Source of the DNA: Squalus acanthias
Lineage: Eukaryota
DNA: 64,000 bases
Assembly (NCBI GenBank): GCA_030390025.1
Contig: CM059432.1
Span: 27,654,001 to 27,718,000 of the forward strand
Direction: 5' to 3'
A program made the translations under genes and the position numbers. A model generated the notes under the pieces. The model made no database searches. It worked only from the letters and a program-made list of their open reading frames with translations, and was not told the DNA's origin. This document shows, piece by piece, positions 37,886-51,245 of this stretch (position 1 is its first letter; each line of letters opens with the position of its first letter).

Positions 37886-38434
37886 TTCGCTAATGATTGC
37901 ACAGTGTTCAGTTCCATTTGCAACCTCTCAGATAATGAAGCAGTCCATGCCCACATGCAACAAGACCTGGACGACATTCAGGCTTGGCCTGATAAGTGGC
38001 AAGTAACATTCACGCCACACAAGTGCCAGGTAATGACTATATCCAACAAGAGAGCATCTAACCACCACCACTTGACATTCAACGGCATTATCATTTCCGA
38101 ATCCCCCAACATCAACATCCTGGGGGGTCACCATTGACCAGAAATTTAACTGGACCAGCCACATAAATACTGTGGCTCCAAGAGCAGGTCAGAGGCTGGG
38201 TATTCTGTAGCGAGTGACTCACCTCCTGACTCCCCAAAGCCTTTCCACCATCTACAAGACACAAGTCAGGAGTGTGATGGAATATTCTCCACTTGCCTGG
38301 ATGAGTGCAGCTCCAACAACATTCAAGAAGCTCGACACCATCCAGGACAAAGCAGCCTGCTTTATTGGCACCCCATCCACCACCTTAAACATTCACTTCT
38401 TCCACCACTGGCGCACTGTGGCTGCAGTGTGTAC
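37886..38434 (+). mobile_element. Family-2 LINE internal fragment
   Basis: ORFs 37904-38137 and 38214-38441. Confidence 0.88.
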
Positions 38435-39297
38435 TTTTTAAAATTCGTTCCTGAGATGTGGGTGTCGCTGGTAAGGCCAGCATTTATTGCCTATCCCTAA
38501 TTGCCCTTGAGAAGGTGGTGGTGAGCCACCTTCTTGAACCGCTACAATCCTTGTGGTGAAGGTACTCCCATAAAGCTGCTAGGGAGGGAGTTCCAGGTTC
38601 TTGACCCAGCGACGATGAAGGAACAGCGATATATTTCCAAGTCAGGATGGTGTGTAATTTGGAGGGGAACTTGGAGGTGATGGTGTTCCCATGCGCCTGC
38701 TGCCCTTGTCCTTCTAGGTGGTAGGGGTCGTGGGTTTGGGAGGTGCTGATGAAGAAGTCTTGGTGAGTTGCTGCAGTGTATCTTGTAGGTGGTATACACT
38801 GCAGCCACAGGGCGCCGGTGGTGCAGGGAGTGAATGTTTAAGTTGGTAGATGGGGTGCCAATCAAGCAGGCTGCTTTGTCCTGGGTGGTGTCGAACTTCT
38901 TGAGTGTTGTTGGAGCTGCATTCATCCAGGCAAGTGGAGGGTTTTCCATCACACTCCTTACTTGTGCCTTGTAGATGGTGGCAAGGCTTTGGAGAGTTAG
39001 GAGGTGAGACACTCACCACAGAATACCCAGCCTCTGACTTGCTTTTGTAGCCACAGTATTTATGTGGCTGGTCCAGTTAAGTTTCTTGTCAATGGTGACC
39101 CCCAGGATGTTGATGTTGGGGGATTTGGCAATGGTAATGCTGTTGAATGTCAAGGGGAGGTGGTTAGACTCTCACTTGTTGGATATAGTCATTGCCTGGC
39201 ACTTGTGTGGTGCGAAAATTACTTGCCACTAATCAGCCCAAGCCTAAATGTTGTCCAGATCTTGCTGCATGTGGGCATGGACTGCTTCATTGTCGGA
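38435..39297 (-). mobile_element. Family-2 LINE 3' fragment
   Basis: ORF 38542-39012 plus the family 3' end at ~38440-38500. Confidence 0.9.
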
Positions 39298-39834
39298 GGG
39301 AAGAGTCCTGCCAACTGAGCCAAATTTACACTAAACAGCTTAGTACAGTTCAAAATAAGAAATATTTTTTGGTTTTGGTGAATTTTGTGTTCAAGTGTTG
39401 GGCATTGGAACATTGTCCTTTTTGGTCACTCTGTGTTAGCATCGAACACTCTTAGACCAGGTATAGAACGGGTTAGATTCAGATTAAATGCTCTCCACTT
39501 TGCTCCAAAAATGTGCATCAACCACAACCTCAAAATATAGCTGTTATTGCATTATGTGATACTTTCCATTCCCCACACCAACCATCTGGAGCCAGCTTTA
39601 TGCTGTAGAGGTTGGACCAAGACTGTCCAAACTCATTTCAAATAGGACCTTTAGGGTCAACAGACAGTGAAGCCATTTGAACCCAGACCGCAGAGGTGAA
39701 AGGCCAGTGTTTAAACCCACCACTACAAAAAAATTGAGATGAAAAACTTAATCCCCTTAAAATAAAAATTGATATTGGCGGTCTGCTTCCTTGCCAAGTC
39801 TCCATTTTCCATGTAGTCAGGTTACAAAGTATAT

Positions 39835-40508
39835 GGCCTGGAATTTCTTCCCTGGGCGTGCCCAGAAATTAGACCCGAAAATGCACATAATCCCACGCTG
39901 ATGTCAAGTTATCACATTTCCTGCAAATCTTATTAGATTATGCCCGAACATAAATAGGCCTGTATCAGCCGAAACCAACGTTAACAATTGGGGCCCAAGG
40001 AAAGCGCTGAAATGAGACCATATATTTCTTCAAGTTTGTACGTTTCAATTCATTTAACAATCATTCATGTAAATTTTTTTTTTTAATGTGACTTATACAA
40101 CACCATGCCATAAAAATGCATTCAAAGAAACAGAAAATACATTGAAGATAGCACTGAGATTTAATTTTTTTCCAAAACACTCAAATAAACTTCAATAAGA
40201 CACCAGGGAAATGACTTGTTTTTCTGCTATGCCTGAAAATCTGGCTGTAATTTGAAGAGCAAGCGCAATTGCAGGAAACTTGCATATAATGCTCTGTCAC
40301 TTGGGTATGGGGCAATTGTTATGGGCGGAAATGCATTTTGGCAGAGGGATCGATAGCCGATTGTAAAAGATCAAGTATATTTGGGCGTATTGAACTTGTG
40401 CGCGTGACTCACTTACGGACAAAATGTAGTAATCTTTTAGGCCGCATATTTGATTTGCAACCAGATTACGCGTGTCTCTGGGTGAAAATACACAGGAAAT
40501 TCCAGGAC
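39835..40508. mobile_element. Harbinger-type MITE
   Basis: TIRs GGCCTGGAATTTC / GAAATTCCAGGAC; flanks TAT / TAC. Confidence 0.6.
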
Positions 40509-40829
40509 TACAGGCTCACATGTACACCGTTTCCCAGGCAGTAGGTGTAGCATTGCCAACACCTGAGCTCTGTGATTTGTAGATGTTTTTAAATGGTGGC
40601 ACTTCATAAAGGGAACATAAATACAGCGATCGTTGCATACTTAACGTGAAACTAAACGGCTAAAAATAACCTCTGCAAATCATGAGATTCATAAACAGAC
40701 TGCAAATGCTGGAAAAGCTATAGATGACACAGTGGCAGATTTGAGCCACACAAAGAATTTACTTCCTCTTTTTATGGCTGATTTTTTTTTTCAGTGCAGT
40801 AATCATATCTTTAGGGGAGGTGATTTGGA

Positions 40830-41436
40830 AGAATTTCCTCCCTAAACCTCTCCACCTCTCTACCTCTCTTTCTTCCTTTAAGACCCTCCTTAAAACTCTT
40901 TGACTAAGCATTTGGTCACCTATCCTAATATCTCCTTATGCGGCTCGGTGTCAAAATGTTGATGTTTTTTTTTAATTGGGAGACCTAGGCATAGGGCCAA
41001 GACACATAAAGCGAAACTCAAGCAGAGATGAGATAAATCAAGTAATGCTTGTCTAGATAATATGATACTTGATCCTCCATGGCCTCGCCACTCCCTATCT
41101 GTAACCTCCTCCAACGCAACAACCATCTGACATCTCTGCGCTCCTCCATTTTGAGCCTCTTGTGCACCCACTATTTTCATCACTCCACCATTGGGCAGCC
41201 GTGCCTTCAGCTGTTTAGACCCTCAGCTCTGGAATTTCCTCTCTAAACCTCGCCACCTCTCTACCTCTCTTTCCTCTTTTAAGACCCTCCTTAAAACTCT
41301 TTGACCAAGCATTTGGTCACCTATCCTAATATCTCCTTATGTGGCTCGGTGTCAAATTTTGTTTGATAACACTCCTGTGATGCGCTTGGGACATTTTACT
41401 ACGTTAAAGGCACTATATAAATGCAAGTTGTTGTTG
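40830..41436 (+). mobile_element. L2 3' fragment with local ~125-bp duplication
   Basis: Matches the 34701-35269 L2 3' end and tail. Confidence 0.85.
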
Positions 41437-41825
41437 AACCCGTATTCCTCCCATTCTTTGGTTTTCGTTCTCCAGACTAAATTATTCGAATGCTTTGTTT
41501 GCTGGCTTCACAAATGCAACTCGCCGGTGACACTGCCACATAAATTCTGTCCTGCACTAAGGCCGCGAATTTAATTGAGGAGGCGGCTTGGAGTCGGGTT
41601 GCCTGGTTGGCGGGGTCCGGACCCGCTGCCGGTTGCAGCCGTTCCCGAATTGAAATTTTAATTTAATTAGCCCCTTAAGTGCATGGCGCACGCTGGCCGG
41701 TCCAATGATTGGGATCGGGTCTGTTAGTCGCCTCTGATGACGTCATTGGTGCTGATGTTTTTAAGGGTCCCATGCAGCCTTCTCGTTTCTCGTTTCTGCT
41801 GGTGTCTGAATGTGCCAAGGCCACA

Positions 41826-43720
41826 ATGAGTGGTGCTAAACCGAAGGCTGCTCCACCTTTCAATGAGGACTCCCTCCAAGCTATTTTGGAGGGAGTAAGA
41901 GGGCGCAGGGAGATTCTGTTCCCTCCCGATGGCCGGAGGAAGCCTCCTCAGCAAACCAAGGCAGCCTGGTTGCACATTGCTGAGGAGGTCAGCGCAAGGT
42001 CCTTATGTTCACGCACCTGGATCCAGTGCTGTAAACGCTTTAATGATCTTCTGCGATCATCAAATGTGAGTATCACATCACACTTACCTTCAATCTGCTT
42101 CCCTTCTCTTCTCATCACCAGCACTCTACTTTGTCAGCCTGCTCCTCCACATCCCACCTTACCCTTACTTCCCTTGCACCCTTACCGATCCATCTCTCTC
42201 TCTGTACTGAATCACTTCACCAACCTACTATGCACCCCTCACACTCGCTCTCACTGTTATGCATTGACAACAACTAACAACGCACAGGGAGTTAGCTTCC
42301 TCTTGGCACCTCACTCCATCTTCGTCTCCCTCTAACCTTCTATGTTATGGATTCTTCACAATCACTCCATCACTCTCACTGAATCACCACTTGTGTCCCT
42401 CCTTGCAGAAAAAGATAGCCCACAATAAGAGGGAGAGAGGAAAGGCAGGAGGAGGCACACCATCCCGCGCTACATTGACAAGTGCTGAGGAGGCTGCGCA
42501 TGAGATCGATGGAGGTGGCGAGGAGCTGGAAGTGGGGGACGGAGAGACGGGCGCACTAGACGAAGCGGGTGACAGAATAGAGTTTCATCCCTCTCATTTA
42601 GATTTCATGATTGATTGCAATGGCATATGATGTTCATAGAGATTCGCTTTGTATCATCGGCACAAAAGGATGTGCCTGCTACCTAAAAATCAGATGTCTA
42701 ACTCATGCCTTTACTCTCCCACAGGACCATCGAGCGCCCCCCCTCCCCACTGTCCAGGAGGAAGAGCCAGACGACTCCTCAGAGGAACCTGCAGCCTCTG
42801 AGGGAGCAACGTCACCAGGACTCAGCACACCCAGCACAAGCGCAGCATCACACACCTCGGCGGGGCGTTCGCGACATAAAGTAGTGTTGTCACCTGGTGT
42901 ATCACAGCTCACAAGTGAGCATCAGCAGATGGTGGAGACTGTGATAGCAGTGGAGAGTCCTCATCGGAGGGCGCAGGACGCTCCTAGCTCTGCTCAGCTG
43001 CATGCAGATGCTATGCCTCTGGATCCATCCAGAAAGAGAGCGGTGCTGGAACTTCAGCAACAAGTGCAGGAGTCTCTGGAAGGGTTTGCCTCCAGGGTAA
43101 GTGCGAGTGTGCAGAGAATGGAGGAGTCCATCTCAAACATGAGCACTGCCATGGTGGAGGCAATGGCGCATGAACATGTCGCCATGGAGAGGGTGGCAAC
43201 CTTCATGGAGGACATATGTCGCCAGACTCAACAGAGCATGGTGACTCTTCTAAATAGATGGTCTGCTATGGAGGATAGATGGGCATCTATTGAGGAGAGA
43301 CACCAGAGGTACATGGACGTCCCCGGTATGAGGACTGTCAGTGTGGACTGATGTGCAGCAAGGTGCTCTCCAGCTACTTGTTAGCACTGAAGTGCGGGTG
43401 ACCCATGAGAGGGATGTTGGTGGCAGACAACCAGGAAGTGTGGGCTCCTCTCCAAGGGCTCACACGACCATGCCACTGCGGAGCCCTAGGTCAGAGCCCC
43501 ATAGTCCTCACCCAACTGAGATTGCCGTTTCAGCCCCTGCACAGCCGCAGGAAGAGCAGACTGTTGCAGAGTCCTCCCAGGCTCCCAAACCCAGAGGACG
43601 CCCGCCAAAGGCGTCTAAGCAGGCGCAGCATCAAAGTGAGCAAGGTGCCTCTACATCTGCTGAAGCCACAGGGGGAGCACCATGTAGAAGCACGCATAAG
43701 AGGAAGCTAAAACACATAGT
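41826..43720 (+). pseudogene. Harbinger Myb/SANT-like DNA-binding protein gene; 3 exons (41826-42065, 42409-42568, 42725-~43720); frameshifts in exon 3
   Basis: APPFNEDSL...AWLHIAEEV...RTWIQCCKRFNDL (Myb/SANT), GT-AG introns, RERGKAGGG, AT-hook-like KPRGRPPK, basic C-terminus. Confidence 0.88.
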
Positions 43721-44019
43721 CACAAGGGTAGTCACTTGGGTGTTTTGTTCTGTTGTCTTTTGTTCTGTTGTATATTTGCCATTGTCATCCCTTTGTGAAT
43801 GTATTAAACAAAATTTATGGCAAACAGTTGATGTTCTGGCCTACGTGTTGTGGGAAATGGAAGTTGCACATTGAGGGCTCAGGGCGACTTGCATTTGTAA
43901 TGATGATGGTGAAAGTGATAGGAAAGCACCATTTATTAGAGAGATGATGTATGGCGTTTTACGAAGGTCGTCCACACATTCATAGCCATATGATAGCCAC
44001 CTGTGGTTGAAGAGTAAGC

Positions 44020-45273
44020 TTATGCAAATCTGGCATGGATGAGTGCATCCCTTGCATGACGGCCAGCAATGAGCTCAAGTGCTGCTGCATTGGTCACATC
44101 CGGCCCCGTAAGGCATGCCTCCTCATCGTCCTCCTCATCCTCCTCCTCCTCCTCATCCTCCTCCTCTTCTTCCAAGGATGCTCTGCGCTGAGCCACTTGT
44201 TCCTCAGGGAGCGCTAAGCCACGCTGCTCTGCCATGTTGTGCAGGGCACAGCAGACGATGATCATTCTGGACACCATGGCTGGTGCATACTGCAGGGCTC
44301 TACCAGATCTGTCTAGGCATCAGAATCACATTTTGAGAAAGCCGATGGTTTGCTCTATGATGCTTCTGGTGGAAATGTGGCTCACATTGTATCGCTCCTC
44401 AGCCTCGTTTGATGGCCTCCTCATCGGTGTTATGAGCCACTTTTTCAGGGGATAGCCCTTGTCGCCAAGTAGCCATCCGGAAAGTTGGGTTGGTGGATTG
44501 AACAGCTGAGGCACAGTAGACTGCCGCAGGATGAAGGAGTCATGGCAATTGCCAGGGTATTTGGCGCAAACATGCAAGATGATGTTCTTGTGGTTACACA
44601 CCAGCTGGACGTGAAGGGAGTGGAAGCCCTTGCGGTTGATAAAAACAGCTGGGTTGTGGTGGGGTGCACAAATGACCACATGTGTGCAGTCTACGACGTC
44701 CTGCACCCTTGGGAAGCCTGCCAGATTTGCAAAGCCAACCGCAAGCATGGTTACACTTGCTTCATCCGTGGAGAAGTGGATGTAATTGTGCGCCTTTGCA
44801 AATAGGGCATTGGTAGCCTGCGTGATGCAGGCGTGTGTGGCCGACTGGGAGATGCCACTGATGTCTGCAGATGATCCCTGGAAGAAGCCCGAAGCAAAGA
44901 AGTTGAGTGCGGTGGTGACTTTGACAGCCACTGATAAGGAGTGTCCACACGCTCCTCTGGGCTCCAGGTGTTGGTGCAGCATTGTGCAGATGTCAGGGAC
45001 TACATTTCGCGGAAGTCTCAACCTCCCTTGGCACTGCTGCTCATTCATGTTGAGGAAGATCATCCTCTGCCTGTAAACCCTGTGTTGGGGGTATCTCCTG
45101 CGGCGCGGTGCAGCCCTGAGCTGACACCCTCTGCCCTGTGCAGCATCAGGTGGCTGAGGAGAAGGTTGGCGCTCCTGTTGCTGCTGCTGCTGTTGTGCCT
45201 GGTTGCGCTGCTGCCGTGGCTGCTCTTCCTCCAAATCTGACAACCAAGATCAGAGGATATAAATAGTTCCCAT
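44020..45273 (-). pseudogene. Harbinger DDE transposase (HARBI1 family), single frame with three in-frame stops
   Basis: [48 protein letters not shown]. Confidence 0.95.
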
Positions 45274-45476
45274 ACCGCTGGTATATATCTCAGTCAAGGA
45301 ATGGAGGTTGTGCACGCTCAGACAAAGTGGCCAGAGGGTATTCCAAGGAGGTCACATAGCAGATGGATTTCAGCCTCAAGACTCACAAGATTAGTTGAGC
45401 TGCAAAATGTCTCCCGAACCTCAAACCACTAAGTTGTGGCATGTGAAAGAATGAGAGATTGCAGGACTGTGCTTAG

Positions 45477-45791
45477 AAAGAAAGAAAGAAAGACTTGCAT
45501 TTATATAGCGCCTTTCACGACCACCAAACGTCTCAAAGCACTTTACAGCCAATGAAGTAATATTGAAGTGTAGTCACTGTTGTAATGTGGGAAACGCAGC
45601 AGCCAATTTGCACACAGCAAGCTCCCACAAACAGCAATGTGATAATGACCAGATAATCTGTTTTTGTTATGTTGATTGAGGAATAAATATTGGCCAGGAC
45701 ACCGGGGATAACTTCCGAAATAGTGCCATGGGATCTTTTACGTCCACCTGAGAGAACAGATGGGGCCTCGGTTTAACGTCTCATCCGAAAG
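45477..45791 (-). mobile_element. 5'-truncated Deu-domain SINE inserted in the Harbinger
   Basis: Reverse-complement match to 24845-25162. Confidence 0.88.
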
Positions 45792-47689
45792 ATAAGCTGC
45801 TTGAGCAGCTGGCAACAATTCAGGTCCTAGCTCAACCCGGCTCGATTCACCTGGTGTGTTTTTATGAAGGCGGGCAGCATGGTGAAAAACCTCCAAAATC
45901 AGACCAGCCCTTTAAAATAGGATTATCCAGGCAGATAATGACCTGTTAACTGCCTTAACTGCCTCTACCGCCATTTGGTGTCGGGTCAGTTCGGGAGCGT
46001 GGAGACGGGATGGAGGCGGGTTCGCAGCCTGCCCCCAATTTTTACGATTTTCGCAACAGACCCGCCTCCAAACCCGCCCCCTTAGCGCTATTAAATTCGC
46101 GGCCTAAGTCCATTACCTCATCCTCTCTGTGGGGCAAAGAGTTCATGAATTTTAGTGCTAATGCTCCTTTAAGAGGATTCCAGTGGGATTAGGCTTTCCT
46201 GGCACTACAGTTCTACTGACCTATTTAAATAAAGATGCTTATCATTGTTTTTGTCCACCTTTCAAACTGTAGTTTTCCCGCAAGCGAAGCTTAAACACCA
46301 GCTATTGGTTCACTGGATGCTTTTTGTGACCACATGGGATTTTTGTTTTGATTTAGTTTTCATTTTTGTTAATTTTGGTTTTAAAATCACTTTGGCTGGT
46401 CCAATCCAGCCCCCCAAATTTTAATGGTGTTGCACTTTTGGGGAGGAACTTGATTGTGTCCCTGTGAGGCTAGGCTTGCCTGGCCCTGCATTTACATTGG
46501 TCTATTAAAAATTGCATCGCTTGTGTTTTTGCCCACATTTTGAGTCATAATTCGCTCTTGAGTGACCCTTGAGCACCAAGATGCGATGTCTACCAGTTTG
46601 CTGGATGCCTTCCATGACAGGTGGCAGTGCATTGGGAATTATTATTTTTATTTCTGCTAAGTTAACCTTTTTGATTTAATTTTTTATTTTAGTTAAAAAA
46701 TATAATCTGTTTGCCTTCTTGAAACCTAAGTGGTGTTATTCCTGTATGGTGTGCCTCGTCCTGCATTTAAACTGGCCTACCTCAAAATTGAATCCCTTTC
46801 ATTGTTTTGTGCATTACTGTCTATTTATATCTACATAAAAATCCACCTGCCCTTCCTTGGCCCATGTACTTAATGGGTCCTACATGTGTCATCGACTGTT
46901 AGGTTTTGTGTTTATATGCCAGATATTCTCCTTTGGTTCAACATTACTGACCACTCCTGTAAGAGGAACTTATGTCCTGTATGAAGCAGAGTGTGTTCAA
47001 TATCTCGGTACATATAATGAACCCAAGGCGGTCAAACAGAGAAGGAGGATCTATAATAGCTTTTAAAAGGGATGTGGATACATGTTTGAAAAAGAAAAAT
47101 TTAAAAGGTAAGGGAAAAGGGCAGGGAAACGGGGCAAATTGGATAGCTCTTTCAGAGAGCCAGCAGAGGCGTGATGGGCCAAATGGCTTCCTTCTGTGCT
47201 GTAAGATTCTATGATTTGTTATACCTAATGCCATAAATTGCTGGCATCAGCAAATTTATAAAATTACAAGTGGTATTCTCTCCAAATCATTCATGAATAG
47301 TGTGAACAGTAAACTAGGACTTGATCTGTAGCTGAGCTCGAGTGTGATGTAGAAGTCTTGCTTAACAGGACTTAGTAACACATTTCACCCTTGTACATGA
47401 TTCTTGAGAACAATGCATTTGGCTTGTTATAACAAGTTGTATGCTTCAGTAAGCATAACATAACAGATTAGAGATGTTGACTGTGCTTGAACATGTCATC
47501 CTACTACAGACAAGACATATTTTCCTGTTTTCTCACAACCACGTTGTGTGATGCAATAGATGTACTTGCAGGAAGACAGATCAACATTGGGGCTGTTCCA
47601 ATATCTTTCCTGGAAGTGCAGTCTAGTAATTTTTCATGTAATTGTTGTTTTGAAAGCGATTTTTACAATTTTTTCCCCTCTTTCCTGAA

Positions 47690-50600
47690 GTAATTGACTC
47701 ATTAAGGAGGCAGCAGACCTGGGTGGGAGCACAGCAAGAGAGGCAGCAACTCAACAGAGGCAGAATTCAAAAGAGTCAGAGTAGAAAAAGTGACGTCGGC
47801 ACAAGGGAAGGAACTGATTGATGAGTAGCTGGTGAGTGTTTTTTTTAAAGTTTTAAGTCTATTTCTGCTAAGTTAGCCATATCGGTACCAACGACATAGG
47901 CAGAAAGAGGGATGAGGTCCTGCAGGCAGATTTTAGGGAGCTAGGAGAGAGATTAAAAAGCAGGATCTCAAAGGTAGTAATCTCCGGATTAGTCCCGGTG
48001 CTACGTGCTAGAGAGTACAGGAATAGGAGGATAGAACAGATGAATGCGTGGCTGGAGAGATGGTGCAAGAGGGAGGGCTTTAGATTCCTGAGGCATTGGG
48101 ACCATTTCTGGGGAAGGTGGGGCCTGTACAAGCTGGACGGGTTACACCTCAACAGAGCTGGGACCAATATTCTCGCGAGGAGGTTTGCTAGTGCTGTTGG
48201 GGAGGGGTTAAACTAGCTTGGCAGGGGGATGGGCACCAGCATATCGGAGTAGAAAGGAGGAATAAGGTGCATGAAAGAGTGAGTGTGTTGGATATTACTA
48301 CAGAAGAAAGTAGTACTAGAGGCGGAAGTAGTACCATATTAGATAGGAGCAGATTAAGAAAGACTACGAAAAATTCAAAAATGGGCTTAAAATTCATGTA
48401 TGTAAATGCACAAAGTGTGGTGAATAAGGTTGGTGAGCTACAAGCACAATTAGCTGTGTGGCAATATGATGTTGTGGCAATAACGGAAACGTGGCTTAAA
48501 AACGGTGAGGACTGGGCACTTAATATTCAAGGGTACAAGGTGTTCAGAAAAGATAGAGAAGGAAAAAAGGGAGGTGGGGTGACAGTGCTGATTAAGGAAG
48601 ACATTGTAGTGTTGGAAAGGGAGGATGTTCTTGAGGGGACAAGGACAGAATCCATTTGGTTAGAGTTGAGGAGCAAAAAGGGAATGATCATGCTATTGGG
48701 GGTATTCTATAGGCCTTCAAATAGTGAGAGGGAGGTAGAGGAGAAAATCTGCAGGGAAATCGCAGAGATATGCAAGAGCTATAGAGTGGTGATATTGGGG
48801 GACTTTAATTACCCAAATATCAATTGGGATAATGCTAGGGTAAAGGGAAAGGAGGGGGAGGAATTTCTGAAATGTGTTCAGGAAAATTTCCTTGACCAGT
48901 ATGTTCTTGGCCCAACTAGGAAGGAGGCATTGCTGGATCTGGTGCTGGGGAATGAGGTGGGTCAGGTCGACCAAGTGTCTGTGGGAGAACACTTGGGTAC
49001 GAGTGATCATCGGATCATAAGATTTAGATTAGCAATGGAGAGGAGCAAGGAACAATCTAGAGTGGAACTTCTAAACTGGAATAGGGCTAACTTCAATGGG
49101 ATGCAAAAGGATCTAGCCAGGGTAAAATGGAACCAAAGACTGACAGGAAAAACTGTAACGGAACAATGGATGATGTTTAAGGAGGAGATGTTCCAAGTAC
49201 AGGCTAGGTACATTCCAACAAGAGGGAAGGGTAAGGGAACCAAAACAAGGGCTCCTTGGATGACGAGGGAGATAGAGAAGATGATGAAACAAAAAAAGAG
49301 GGTGTATGATGCATGTCAGGTGAATTCTTCAAGGGAGAACCAGGCCAAATACAATAAGTTGAGAGGGGAAGTGAAGATGAAAAAAAGATTGGCAAAGAGA
49401 GAATATGTGAGTAGAATGGCGGTTAACATAAAAGGAAACCCAAAAATCTTGGCATGTTAACAGTAAGCGGGTAGTAAGAGGCGGGGTGGGGCCTATTAGA
49501 GACAAAGAAGGTGTTATATGAGGCGCAGGGCAAGGCTAGACTACTCAATAAGTACTTTGTATTGGTGTTTACTAAGGAGGTGGATGCTGACAAATTATCG
49601 GTAGAAGTGGAAAAGGTAGAAGCAATGGAAGGGGTGAAAATTGATAGACAGGTGTGCTAGAAAGGCTGGCTATGCTTAGAGTGGATAAGTCACCTGGTCC
49701 AGATGGCTTGCATCCAGATTGCTAAGGGAATTGGGGAGGAGATAACGGAAGGGCTTGCCATAATTTTCCAATCTTCTCTAGATGCGAGGGAGGTGCCTGA
49801 GGTATGGAAAGTGGCAAATGTGACACCATTGTTCAAGAAAGGGTGTAAGGACAATCCTAGTAATGACAGGCCGGTCAGTTTAACATCAGTGGTGGGTAAA
49901 ATTATAGAAACAATAATCAAGGAAAAAATTAACGAGCACTTGGAGAGGTTTCAGCTAATTAAGGAGAGCCAACACGGATTTGTAAAAGGTAGATTGTGTT
50001 TAACTAATCTAATTGAATTTTTTGATAGTAAAGTAAAAGGGAGGATCGATGAAGGGAATGCAATGGATGTTGTCTACATGGATTTTAGGAAGGCGTTTGA
50101 TAAAGTATCACATAGAAGGCTGGTTAACATGGAATAGGTGGGTCAGTGACAGCTTGGATAAGCAATGGCTTAAGGACAGAAAACAGCGAGTTGTGGTAAA
50201 TGGCTGTTTTTCAGACTGGAGGATGGTAGAGAGTGGTGTTCCCCAAGGGTCAGTGCTGGGGCCACTGCTTCTTTTGATATATATAAATTACCTGGATATT
50301 GGAATACAAAGTAGAATTTCTAAATTTTGCCGATGACACCAAACTTGGGGGTGTGGCAAACAGTGATGATGATACCAATCGACTGCAACAGGACATAGAA
50401 AGGCTAGTAGAATGGGCAGACAAGTGGCAGATGGAATTTAATACAGGGAAGTGTGAGGTGATGCATTTTGGCAGAAGGAACAGGGAGAGGCAATATACAC
50501 TTAATGGCACAGTTTTAAAGAGTGTGCAGTGACAGAGGGACCTGGGAGTTATTGTGCATAGGTCCCTGAAGGTGGCAGGACATGTTGAGAGAGTAGTTAG

Positions 50601-51245
50601 CAAAGCATATGGGAGCTTGGGTTTCATAAATAGAGGTATTGAGTACAAAAGTAGAGAAGTTATGCTGAATCTTTATAAAGTGCTGGTAAGGCCACAACTG
50701 GAGTATTGCATCCAGTTCTGGTCACCACACTTTAGGAAGGATGTGAAGGCACTTGAGAGGGTGCAGAGGAGATTTACCAGAACGGTTCCAGGGATGGGGG
50801 ATCTTAGCTACAAGGACAGGTTGGAGAATCTGGATTTGTTTTCATTAGAGCAAAGGAGGTTGAGCGGTGATTTGATAGAGGTGTACAAGATTATGACGGG
50901 TTTGCATAGGCTAGACAGGGAAAGGCTGTTCCCACTAGTTGATGGTACAAGGACTAGGGGACACAGATTTAAGGTTTTGGGCAAGAGATACAGGGGGGCT
51001 GTGAGGAAAAACTTTTTTACGCAGCGAGTGGTGAGGACCTGGAACTCGCTGCCGACGGAAGTGGTGGAAGCGGAGACACTCAATGTTTTCAAGGGGAGAC
51101 TGGATAGGCACTTGAAGGAAATAAACTTGCAGGGCTACGGGGAGAGAGCGGGGGAATGAGACTGACTGGATTGCTCTACAGAGAGCCGGCATGGATTTGA
51201 TGGGCCGAATGGCCTCCTTCTGTGCCGTTATGACTCTATGACTCA
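47690..51245 (+). mobile_element. CR1 LINE with probable 5' UTR, ORF1 N-terminal half missing, degenerate ORF2, 3' tail
   Basis: HIGTND...DGLHLN...GEGLN*; EN ORF 48267-49460; RT pieces to 51159; (ATGACTCT)n tail. Confidence 0.93.

Larger units (their letters stand above)
41561..46104. mobile_element. Full-length PIF/Harbinger DNA transposon (two convergent genes)
   Basis: Perfect 15-bp TIRs GGCCGCGAATTTAAT; TSD TAA at 41558-41560 and 46105-46107. Confidence 0.96.

Noticed and set aside
44020..45273. Domesticated host HARBI1/NAIF1 genes
   Set aside because: Flanked by TIRs and a TSD and carrying nonsense mutations; these are transposon copies.
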